NCBI GenBank assembly: GCA_016213935.1
Contig: JACQZG010000009.1
Span: 647 to 64,646, forward strand
DNA: 64,000 nucleotides
Source: Nitrospirota bacterium
Lineage (GTDB): Bacteria > Nitrospirota > Thermodesulfovibrionia > UBA6902
Direction of reading: 5' to 3'
The notes beneath the pieces were generated by a model. The model was not told the origin of the DNA and made no database searches. It saw nothing but the letters and a program-made list of their open reading frames with translations. Each line of letters starts with the position of its first letter. Positions within the stretch are counted from its first letter, which is position 1. This document shows, in pieces, positions 30,745 to 39,642 of this stretch. The translations under genes and the position numbers were made by a program.

Positions 30745-32145
30745 GTGGCTGGAGTGCAAAGCGTCAAGATACTTGTTGTTGATGACGAGGAACTCATCAG
30801 ATCCTCAATAAAACAGTACCTCGAAAAAGAGGGGCATGAAGTCCTGACCGAAGGAACGGGAGAGGACGGTCTTAAGACATACAGGGCCGAACTCCCGGAT
30901 ATGGTATTTCTCGACCTTCATATGCCCGGGATAAACGGGATGGAGGTTTTGGAGGCAATTAAAAAAATAAACAAAGATACCGTTGTCATAATAATCACGG
31001 CTCACGGCGCGGTTGAGACAGCGGTATCCGCCATAAAACTCGGAGCGTTTGATTTCATAGAAAAGCCTTTTGAGTTCAGCCGGTTGTCAATTTTAATAAA
31101 AAAGGCCCTTGAAACTGTTGACCTCAAGAAAGAGGTAAATTTTTTACGGGGCGAGCAGCATCAGAAGTACAGGTTTGAAAGCATTATCTGTGAGTCCGAA
31201 ATAATGAAGAATATTATTTCGCTTGCCAAAAAGATAGCGGAAAGCGACGCAAACACGGTTTTAATACAGGGAGAGAGCGGGACCGGCAAGACCCTCATAT
31301 CAAGGGCAATTCATTACCACAGCGCGAGGGCTTCTAAACCTTTTGTCGAGATAACATGCACCGCGTTGCCCGAGACGCTTGTCGAAAGCGAGCTTTTCGG
31401 GTATGAGAAGGGAGCATTCACTGACGCTAAATCGGCAAAGAAGGGGCTTTTTGAACTGGCTGACGGAGGGACAGTCTACCTTGATGAAATAGGCGATATG
31501 AAGCCTTCCACACAGGCCAAGTTCCTTAAAGTTATTGAAGAGAAGGTCTTTATGAGGATCGGCAGCCTGAAAGAGACATCTGTTGATGTCAGGATCATCG
31601 CAACGACAAACAGGAACCTGAGGGAAGAGGTTATGAAGGGCAATTTCAGGGAGGATTTATATTACAGGCTTAATGTAATACCCATGGAGTTTCCCGCCTT
31701 GAGGAACAGAAAGGAAGATATATTGCCTACGGCCATGTATTTTCTTGAAACGATGAGGAAAGAGTGCAGAAGAAATATTACCGGCATCTCCAAAGATGTT
31801 CAGGGCCTTTTTTTAAAATACAACTGGCCCGGCAATATCAGAGAGTTGAAGAATGTTATAGAGAGGGTTTTTATTCTCGGGATCGAAGGGCAGCTTCTAC
31901 CTGAGCATCTTCCCCTTGAAATTGCCGGGGTCGGCAGGGAGGCTCCGGTTTTGGGGTCAGTTCATGATCACGATGAATTCAGGTTCCCTATTTCGGATGA
32001 CGGCATATCCATTGAAGAAGTTGAAAAAGAATTCATTATTCAGGCCCTTCGCATGACCGCAGAGAATCAAACAAAAGCGGCTAAACTTCTCGGCCTTTCA
32101 AGGGATGCCCTCAGGTACAGGATGCAGAAGTTCAAACTTCTTTGA
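30745..32145 (+). CDS. Sigma54-dependent response regulator (NtrC/AtoC family)
   Basis: Receiver domain, GESGTGKT, ESELFGYEKGAFTDA, WPGNIREL, Fis-type HTH. Confidence 0.95.
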   Translation: MAGVQSVKILVVDDEELIRSSIKQYLEKEGHEVLTEGTGEDGLKTYRAELPDMVFLDLHMPGINGMEVLEAIKKINKDTVVIIITAHGAVETAVSAIKLGAFDFIEKPFEFSRLSILIKKALETVDLKKEVNFLRGEQHQKYRFESIICESEIMKNIISLAKKIAESDANTVLIQGESGTGKTLISRAIHYHSARASKPFVEITCTALPETLVESELFGYEKGAFTDAKSAKKGLFELADGGTVYLDEIGDMKPSTQAKFLKVIEEKVFMRIGSLKETSVDVRIIATTNRNLREEVMKGNFREDLYYRLNVIPMEFPALRNRKEDILPTAMYFLETMRKECRRNITGISKDVQGLFLKYNWPGNIRELKNVIERVFILGIEGQLLPEHLPLEIAGVGREAPVLGSVHDHDEFRFPISDDGISIEEVEKEFIIQALRMTAENQTKAAKLLGLSRDALRYRMQKFKLL

Positions 32146-32174
32146 CCGTCTGCGGAACATATTGAAGTTTCATG

Positions 32175-34043
32175 TCACTGGGTTTTTTTTATGTAATTGC
32201 CTATCGCGGCTGCGACAACGTCCTTTCTCAGGGCTGTAAGGTTATGGTCATTAGGGTACAAGGCGAGGCCTTCATCAAGTACTGATTTCGACTTCTCATA
32301 ATAGATAAGGGAATTTTTTGGGTCGATTTCTCCAAGCCTGTAGTAAATCAATCCTTCGAGATTATACGAAGGAAGCCCCGGCCTCCTTATCTTCTCTTTC
32401 GCATTCCATAGCAGGAAACTATTTATAAAATCCATGTTCTCGGCAGGGTTTAAAGCGGCGTTAAGAGCTTTTCTGAACATATAATCAGGTTCAGCCCAGT
32501 TTTTCAAATAGATATTTTTTGTTGCCGGGAGAATTTGAGTTTCATCGAGGGCCTCCCCATTCATAAAGGCTTCTTTGTACTGTCCGTATTTCCTGTAATC
32601 GATAAATGTTTTTACGGTATAGGATGAGAGCCCCAGATAGAGCACTGAGAAGAATATAAGTATTGCCGCAGTCGCCTTGTTTCCGGTGCGAATTTCTTTT
32701 ACTCTCGTTTCATCGGATGTAACCATAAACAGCAGTATTATAAACAGGAGAAAGTGAGAGGCGGATAATTCCAGAGGGTATTCGACCATCGTATGCATGA
32801 GCACAGGGATAAGCAGCATAGCATATGCAAAAGTATTACTTACGCGGCCTGCTTTATACAGCATCTTGAAGATCCCAAACAGCGCGAAACCTAAGGCAAG
32901 CATTCCTGCTATCCCGCATTCGGCCAAAATATTAAAAAACTCATTATGAGGATGGCTTATGAATTCATTGTAAACCATTCCCTTGTACAGGGGATTTTCG
33001 GAGGAGACTTTTGCTTTTTTGTGCATAAAAACACTGCTGAAATTAGAGTATCCGTAGCCGAATAAGGGTTTATCCTTGAACATTTCATATGAGGTTTCGA
33101 AGAGAATCAGGCGTTCGACATAGGAACGCTGTGTTATGTCGGAAAGCCATTTGACTTTTTCCTTGGCGGTGCTGTCAGCGCTTTCAACCAGCCCTTTTGG
33201 GCCTGTCTTTGTGCCTGACACATAAAATCCGCAAGCTGTGCCGATAAAAAATATCATGATCCATATTGCTATATATTTTTTTGTCCGCAGATATGCAGAA
33301 TGGTTGGAAATCAAGAGCGCCAAAATGGCCAGCGCCAATCCTATAAGCCCAATCCTTGAATTGGCAAGGAACAGCCCTCCCGCAAGCGGCATAGCAGAGA
33401 TTAAAAATAGTGCCTTCTTTGCCTTTCCGAACAGTTTAAACCTTTCGGTTGTAATAAGGTGAACGCTTATCGCTATACCTGTAGCCGCCCATGAAGCAAA
33501 GAGGTTCTTCTGCTGGAAAGCGCCGCCGACATCAGGTATATATTTGGTCACTTTTACCATGGCAAGAGCGAAACTGATGCCAAAAGAATGTATAGCGTAG
33601 GAATTGACCAGAGCTTTCAATATGACCATGGTTGATTCAATAACTGCTGACATGAGTATCACTATAAGAACAGTTACTTTTTCTCTCTCACTGAATCTGA
33701 ACTGGTGAAGGCTTAACCATATTATTACTGCGGCAATCACGCGCAGGGATTGAATTATAAATATTTCCCTATTTAGGATTGGATTAAATACGGCTGTAAT
33801 CAGGAGGAGAGATGTGTAGGCTGCGGCATATTTAAAATACGACGGCACGATTAGTGCTTTTCTGCTTGTAACGAATGCAGCTGCAATAAGGATCAATGTG
33901 AAGATGCCTATCCAGACTATATATTCCCGAGGATGCGCAAGGGTGCCCCCCATATTCGGGATGGCAATATGCATAATAACGAGCAGGATAACGGATAACA
34001 CCGTAATCGGTAAATATTCAAACGCCTTTTGTGATTTTGTCAA
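32175..34043 (-). CDS. PglL-like O-oligosaccharyltransferase / O-antigen ligase (Wzy_C) family protein
   Basis: Many TMs, GAFQQKNLFASW, SRIG, PLFGYG, HPHNEF, EYPL motifs. Confidence 0.8.
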   Translation of the reverse strand: MTKSQKAFEYLPITVLSVILLVIMHIAIPNMGGTLAHPREYIVWIGIFTLILIAAAFVTSRKALIVPSYFKYAAAYTSLLLITAVFNPILNREIFIIQSLRVIAAVIIWLSLHQFRFSEREKVTVLIVILMSAVIESTMVILKALVNSYAIHSFGISFALAMVKVTKYIPDVGGAFQQKNLFASWAATGIAISVHLITTERFKLFGKAKKALFLISAMPLAGGLFLANSRIGLIGLALAILALLISNHSAYLRTKKYIAIWIMIFFIGTACGFYVSGTKTGPKGLVESADSTAKEKVKWLSDITQRSYVERLILFETSYEMFKDKPLFGYGYSNFSSVFMHKKAKVSSENPLYKGMVYNEFISHPHNEFFNILAECGIAGMLALGFALFGIFKMLYKAGRVSNTFAYAMLLIPVLMHTMVEYPLELSASHFLLFIILLFMVTSDETRVKEIRTGNKATAAILIFFSVLYLGLSSYTVKTFIDYRKYGQYKEAFMNGEALDETQILPATKNIYLKNWAEPDYMFRKALNAALNPAENMDFINSFLLWNAKEKIRRPGLPSYNLEGLIYYRLGEIDPKNSLIYYEKSKSVLDEGLALYPNDHNLTALRKDVVAAAIGNYIKKTQ

Positions 34044-34044
34044 T

Positions 34045-35805
34045 TTATTTAATTTCCTTTGCGTCGGCAGATTTCATCTCTTGTTTTAACTTAACCATAC
34101 TGCTCCAGCCAGGGTAAAGATCCAGCCCTTCCTCAAGAAGTTTATATCCCTCTTCCCTTCTTCCTACGACAAACAAAGCAAATGACCCTCTTTCGTATAC
34201 ATGCGGATGCGGGAACACTTCTTTCTCCTTAATGAGAAAGTCAGCATAGTCTTCTATTAACTTCTTGTCGCCCCTCATAAAACCGATCCTGTAATTGGCA
34301 TCAAAATAAAATCTCTTTGCAAGCTGTTCAAGGTACATATTGCCGGTTGCTGGTTCAACAAGTTCAGGCCTGACAATTCCTATAATAAGCAAGTCCTGAT
34401 ATTTTTTCATGGCTCTCTGGGCAATGAGGGTTGTTATTGACAGATACGATATAATTACAAAGAGCGTGGCGGCCGCAGTAAACGCGCTTGCCCGTAAGAG
34501 TCCGGCTGGTCTAATCTTAATTTTCTTTACAAAAGATGACGACGGCAGGTAAAGCAGAAAGAGAAAGAGCGCCCAGTGGGGCATGGACTGATAAAGGGAA
34601 TAACTCACTTGTGTATCAAATGCTATCGGGAACAAAAAAGCCGCGTAAGTTCCGCCCTGTTTTCTTCCAAGTTTTATAAGGCATACCGTAAAGGCGGCTC
34701 CAATCAGCATCAGCCCGGCACTGCCCATTAGGCCGGACTCTACCGTCCTGTACAAAAACTCGTTATGCGGATGAGAGGTAAAGGCAGCTTCATAGGGATA
34801 TTCAGGGTGTTCTTTTGCAAGCCTGCTTCGGTAATGCATGAACCTGCTGCCGAAACTGCCGGGTCCGTGGCCGGTCAGCGGCCTGTCTTTTATCATGTTT
34901 ACAGCAGTAATGTACATCGGTACCCTCATGTCCGTAACCTCGTCTCCTGCTACACTCTCCATCGTCATCCCGATCTTTTGTCCTACGGAACTGAGCGCCG
35001 AGTCCCGTTTGTAGTAATACTTCTCAGCCGCCACACTGCCTGCTATTCCAAATACTATCATCAGCAACCATATGGCGAGATAGAGCGCCTTCTCTTTGTA
35101 ACTCCGATACCTTGCCCATAAGAGTATAAGTGTTCCGGCGCCGGCCTCTATAACTCCTGCCCGTGAGCCCGTCAGAAAAATGATAAAGCACATGAGCATA
35201 ACAAAAAGATAAAAAAGAGTTTTAAGCCATCTGCCGAATCCCTTAAAAATATCTCCGGTTAAGAGATAAAGCGATATCGCAATCGTGGTAGCAAGGTATG
35301 ATGCAAGTAGGTTCTGGTGCTGGAAATTGCCAAATATTTTGTTCGGGGCAGGCGCGACTATAAGAAATATGGCAGTATCAGGATTAAAATACTGAAACAG
35401 GCTTATCAGTGCCTCAGTCATGCCGGAGATAACTATCGCGTATAAAAGCCGTTCCTTCTCATCATTTGAAAACTCAAACTGATGGAGGGAAGCAAAAAAT
35501 ATTATCCCGCCGATAAGCCCGGCTGTCTCAAATATGAAGACATGACGGTCTATTATCGGATTAAAAATTGCTGACGAAAGCGATGATAAGAGGAATAGAA
35601 TTATATATAAGGAAATGCGCGGGACTGAGATGTCCCATTGATTGAATATATGTATCACTGAAAGAAGTACAAGTCCTGACAGCGTTATCCAGACAAGATA
35701 TGCCGCAGGCAGTACAAGGGGGGCGCCGAAGTTCCTGATGGTTATGTGAGAAACCGCCAGAAAGAGCAGCGCGAGAACCCATAAATGGATTTTCTTTGTC
35801 ATCAA
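34045..35805 (-). CDS. PglL-like O-oligosaccharyltransferase / O-antigen ligase (Wzy_C) family protein
   Basis: Many TMs, GNFQHQNLLASYL, GSRAG, PLTGHGPGSF, HPHNEF. Confidence 0.8.
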   Translation of the reverse strand: MMTKKIHLWVLALLFLAVSHITIRNFGAPLVLPAAYLVWITLSGLVLLSVIHIFNQWDISVPRISLYIILFLLSSLSSAIFNPIIDRHVFIFETAGLIGGIIFFASLHQFEFSNDEKERLLYAIVISGMTEALISLFQYFNPDTAIFLIVAPAPNKIFGNFQHQNLLASYLATTIAISLYLLTGDIFKGFGRWLKTLFYLFVMLMCFIIFLTGSRAGVIEAGAGTLILLWARYRSYKEKALYLAIWLLMIVFGIAGSVAAEKYYYKRDSALSSVGQKIGMTMESVAGDEVTDMRVPMYITAVNMIKDRPLTGHGPGSFGSRFMHYRSRLAKEHPEYPYEAAFTSHPHNEFLYRTVESGLMGSAGLMLIGAAFTVCLIKLGRKQGGTYAAFLFPIAFDTQVSYSLYQSMPHWALFLFLLYLPSSSFVKKIKIRPAGLLRASAFTAAATLFVIISYLSITTLIAQRAMKKYQDLLIIGIVRPELVEPATGNMYLEQLAKRFYFDANYRIGFMRGDKKLIEDYADFLIKEKEVFPHPHVYERGSFALFVVGRREEGYKLLEEGLDLYPGWSSMVKLKQEMKSADAKEIK

Positions 35806-36089
35806 CTATTAACCCAGCTAAAAATACCAGAATCCGTAATCCATGTCAAAAAGGGGGTATAAATTTAATGTCATGGAAACCCCGGTGTTACAGATGACCT
35901 TGATTTTTTTTGACATCAAATATTAATATACATTATAAAATGCTGAACAATCTTGTTAATGAGAAAGTCTGCTTACTAATTAGGCACTATATTGCAGATT
36001 CTCCGAAGTTGCGTGAAATAACGCTCCCGATTGGTTGAGTCTAATATTTTTGGAACCAAAAATTAAGTATTAAACGCCGTGTTGTGTTA

Positions 36090-36102
36090 CAACTTGTTGA
36101 TT
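36090..36102 (-). promoter_or_regulatory. IHF binding site
   Basis: Minus strand AATCAACAAGTTG is an exact match to WATCAANNNNTTR, about 40 bp upstream of a sigma54 promoter. Confidence 0.6.
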
Positions 36103-36140
36103 TATAAGTTAAATATTTTTTAACTGCAACATTGAGAATC

Positions 36141-36156
36141 TGGTATGCTAATTGCT
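36141..36156 (+). promoter_or_regulatory. Sigma54 (-24/-12) promoter of the omcS-like operon
   Basis: TGGTATGCTAATTGCT, GG-N10-GC. Confidence 0.75.
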
Positions 36157-36303
36157 TTATAAATAGCCGTGAGGATTAATCAAATGAAAGATAAACAAAA
36201 AATAAATACAGGAGGGTTGCCTATGGAACACAAAACCAAATCCATTTTAGATGGAGAATCAACACTATACTTTATTAAAAGTATAACACCAAAAGGAGGA
36301 ATT

Positions 36304-37299
36304 ATGAAAAAAGTACTGTTCACAATGTTCGTAGTACTTGCGGCCGCGTTCATGCTGTATGGAATCGCAGACGCAATCTCCGGCGTGTGCTCCGGATGCC
36401 ACACAATGCACAACAGTCAGGACGGCGCTGCAGTAAACGGTTCAGGCCCCGCAGACATCCTGCTCAAGAGCGACTGTATGGGCTGTCACACCACAGCGTC
36501 AGCAGTTGGACCGAGGGTTGATAATGCGACCTTGCTGTCAGCAGGCTCATTTGCAGATGCCTTTGTAACATCAGACACAAACACCCACAACGTTGAGGAC
36601 CTCGTAGGATTTAATGCCGGCGGCGCTGACGACATTCTTACCTCTAACGATCCACCGGGAGGAAGCGCGGCTGTTTTAACCAAGTTCTCTGGTGCTAACC
36701 AGTTGAAGTGCGCCGGTAGTAACGGCTGTCACGGTAGCCATGATAGTAAAGCTACAAGCTGGGCAGGCATACAGGGTTATCACCATGCAGGCGGGTCAAT
36801 CTATAAGTTCCTTGAGGTTGCTACTGACAACGAAGGCGCAGGCACCGCTGTTGCAGGCACAAAAGATTCAACCTACGAATCAGGCGGAGCAACCGCATCC
36901 AAACATAATATTTACGTGTCCGACGCGGCAACAGGCATCAGCGCATTCTGCAATAACTGCCATGATGTCTTCCACGGCGCGGCGACCACTGACCTGACCA
37001 CCAACGGCCTTTGGAACCGCCACCCGACCGATATATCAATTGCTACTTACCTTGGGGCTTCGGGTGTAACAGTTGATTATGTGAATAACCCGTTTGCATT
37101 CACAGCGGCATACGCAACCACATTAAGCACAACCTCGGCAACAGGTTATGACGCAACTAATGGTTATGTAATGTGTCTGTCTTGCCATCGCGCACACGCG
37201 TCTGAGTACGCAGACCTGCTCAGGTTTAACTATGCTTCACAGAGCGCAGGCGGCGGCGGTACAACAGGATGTCTCGGATGTCACGTGAATCAGAGGTAA
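36304..37299 (+). CDS. omcS: OmcS-like hexaheme cytochrome c (putative nanowire subunit)
   Basis: AGGAGG RBS, Sec signal, [46 protein letters not shown] in OmcS order. Confidence 0.8.
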   Translation: MKKVLFTMFVVLAAAFMLYGIADAISGVCSGCHTMHNSQDGAAVNGSGPADILLKSDCMGCHTTASAVGPRVDNATLLSAGSFADAFVTSDTNTHNVEDLVGFNAGGADDILTSNDPPGGSAAVLTKFSGANQLKCAGSNGCHGSHDSKATSWAGIQGYHHAGGSIYKFLEVATDNEGAGTAVAGTKDSTYESGGATASKHNIYVSDAATGISAFCNNCHDVFHGAATTDLTTNGLWNRHPTDISIATYLGASGVTVDYVNNPFAFTAAYATTLSTTSATGYDATNGYVMCLSCHRAHASEYADLLRFNYASQSAGGGGTTGCLGCHVNQR

Positions 37300-37307
37300 T
37301 TTAATCC

Positions 37308-37377
37308 GCAAGGGGAACCCGTTGGGGTTCCCCTTGCATCTGAGTGGTTAAGCAACTCTTAACCACTCAGATGCAAG
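37308..37377 (+). repeat. Two overlapping perfect hairpins (13-bp and 20-bp stems) after omcS-like gene
   Basis: GCAAGGGGAACCC-gttg-GGGTTCCCCTTGC and CTTGCATCTGAGTGGTTAAG-caact-CTTAACCACTCAGATGCAAG. Confidence 0.85.
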
Positions 37378-37397
37378 ATACGAAAGCAAGGCATATT

Positions 37398-38609
37398 ATG
37401 ATTAAAATAATCATAAAAGAAATGGCAAGAATAAATAATACCAATAGGTATGTTTTAATATTTATTGCAGCCTTGGCTTTAGTTGCTTCTTCAGTAAATG
37501 CAAATATTACAGGCGTATGTTCAAACTGCCATACAATGCATAATAGTCAGGACGGAGCAGCTGTTGTTGGGTCAGGCCCAAACGATGTTCTTTTAACTTC
37601 AGATTGTCTTGGTTGTCACGGCCAGGGCGGCAGCCAGAAGATAATCAGTATCGGGGGAAGTGAGATTCCCCAAGTATTGCATTCTGACGGCACAGGCGAC
37701 CTTGCAGGAGGAAACTTTAATTATATCGGCACACTCGGCGACAATAGAGGCCATAACATCGTTGATCTCGTTAATGGAGATGATGTGTTAGATATACCGC
37801 CCGGGGCTGAATATGGCGAGCATGCCAATCCCGCAAAGATGGTCACTGATTCCGTGCTTACATGCGCAGGCTCTAACGGTTGCCACGGGTTTAGGGCGAT
37901 TGGAGGGAGTTCGAATCTTCAGGCATTAAAAGGGGCGCACCATAAGAATATTACAACTGATTCCACAAGCGGATTTGATGACGATTACAACAGCTATAGA
38001 TTTCTCAGGAAAGTGAAGGGGCATGAGAATGACGGGCAGGTAAATTCCTCAACAAAATGGCAGAATGCCGATGCCAATAACCATAATGAATATTTCGGCG
38101 CTACGTCTCCTCTTGAGTTTGACGCAAACTGCGCAAAGTGCCATTCAAATGCGCCGTCAGCCAACATTGTTCCCCCGCAAAATACTATGAGCGGCTTCTG
38201 CGGCACATGCCATATGAATTTTCATCTCTTAACAGGAACAGAAACCTCTGATATGGGCATAGGAGATTCAACTGTATCTCCATTCAGGAGGCACCCGACT
38301 GATGTTGTGTTGCCTGGGGCAGGTACAGAATATAATAACTATACATCGTACAGTGTGGAGGCTCCTGTAGCGAGGGGCGTGGTTCCTGACAGTATGAGCA
38401 ATGTCGTAACACCCGATAACAGCGGCGTACAGGGTGCGATTGTAATGTGCCTTTCCTGCCATAAGGCGCACGCATCTCAATATCCCGATATGCTGAGGTG
38501 GGATTATGACGGTATGGTTGTCGGCACAACCGGGGCTTCAGCCTTTTTTTCCATTGTCGATAGAAACCGCAGGTATTTATTGCATCTCAGCTTATTTATT
38601 GAAGAATAA
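37398..38609 (+). CDS. Second OmcS-like cytochrome, extra internal heme motif, C-terminal heme motif missing
   Basis: [54 protein letters not shown]; tail diverges. Confidence 0.75.
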   Translation: MIKIIIKEMARINNTNRYVLIFIAALALVASSVNANITGVCSNCHTMHNSQDGAAVVGSGPNDVLLTSDCLGCHGQGGSQKIISIGGSEIPQVLHSDGTGDLAGGNFNYIGTLGDNRGHNIVDLVNGDDVLDIPPGAEYGEHANPAKMVTDSVLTCAGSNGCHGFRAIGGSSNLQALKGAHHKNITTDSTSGFDDDYNSYRFLRKVKGHENDGQVNSSTKWQNADANNHNEYFGATSPLEFDANCAKCHSNAPSANIVPPQNTMSGFCGTCHMNFHLLTGTETSDMGIGDSTVSPFRRHPTDVVLPGAGTEYNNYTSYSVEAPVARGVVPDSMSNVVTPDNSGVQGAIVMCLSCHKAHASQYPDMLRWDYDGMVVGTTGASAFFSIVDRNRRYLLHLSLFIEE

Positions 38610-38647
38610 TTGACTCATTATTTTTTTTTTAATATTATTAGTAAGTT

Positions 38648-39628
38648 ATGCGTTCAATAAGACTTCAAACAAGAAAGATAATGACATTGATTAAACATGT
38701 TTTAAATCCATCTGTCATTATTGTTTTATTTGTTTTATTTGGAACAGTCAGACCTGTTTCATTAAATGCCCAGGGGCCTCTTGTCAGGTATTATATGGCA
38801 TTAGAGTATGACGAAAATGATGAGAGACTTGTCAGGCCCTCTTTTGCGCAGTATGAAAATGTAATGAATGAAATTTATGTAATTGATGCCAGGCAAAGGG
38901 TGCTGATATATACTTCTGACCTTTTTCCGGTTCTTTCACTCGGCAAGAGCCGTAAGATACTGAATCCCGAAGGTTTGACAGTTGATTCTAACGGCAATCT
39001 TTATGTTGTTCAGACAGCCACGCCTGAAGATTTGAGAAACAGGGTTTCCGTTTACAATGCCTGCCTCAAATGGGAGCGTGATATCTTTTTTGAGGGCTTT
39101 GAAGGCGCTGATAAATTTGTGCCGTATCGCCTTGCAAAAGATTCAAAGGGCAATCTTTTTGTTGCAGGAATACGCTTCCCGGGAGTTCTGATATTTGATG
39201 CTGATTATAACTTGGTAGAAATAATATCTCCGCAGGAAAATGATAGGAAGGCGTTGATTATGAATGTCCATATTGATGACACGGGCCGGATATATCTTGT
39301 AAGCGAGGAAGAAGGGCATATTTATGTTTATGATGAAAATCGAAAGTTCATCTATCAGTTTGGGGAAAAAGGCGGCAGTTCCGGCAAGTTGAGCAGGCCG
39401 CGTGCCGTGGCAGTTGATAATAACAGGGGATGGCTTTATGTCGTTGATTATATGAGACACACGGTCAATACATATGACCGCAACGGCATGATGTTATTCG
39501 AGTTTGGCGGAATGGGATGGGGAGAAGGCTGGTTCAGGTTCCCTACAGACATTAGCGTTAATAAGGAAGGCGATGTGATGGTTACAGACCTTTTTAACCA
39601 GAGAGTACAGATCTTTAAGCCTTACTGA
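38648..39628 (+). CDS. NHL-repeat six-bladed beta-propeller
   Basis: PEGLTVDSNGNLYV, FGEKGGSSGKLSRPRAVAVD, GWFRFPTDISV repeats; hydrophobic N-terminus. Confidence 0.88.
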   Translation: MRSIRLQTRKIMTLIKHVLNPSVIIVLFVLFGTVRPVSLNAQGPLVRYYMALEYDENDERLVRPSFAQYENVMNEIYVIDARQRVLIYTSDLFPVLSLGKSRKILNPEGLTVDSNGNLYVVQTATPEDLRNRVSVYNACLKWERDIFFEGFEGADKFVPYRLAKDSKGNLFVAGIRFPGVLIFDADYNLVEIISPQENDRKALIMNVHIDDTGRIYLVSEEEGHIYVYDENRKFIYQFGEKGGSSGKLSRPRAVAVDNNRGWLYVVDYMRHTVNTYDRNGMMLFEFGGMGWGEGWFRFPTDISVNKEGDVMVTDLFNQRVQIFKPY

Positions 39629-39642
39629 CGGTTGAAAATTTC

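Noticed and set aside
35982..35996. AGGCACTATATTGCA as another sigma54 promoter
   Set aside because: GG to GC spacing is 9 nt rather than the required 10
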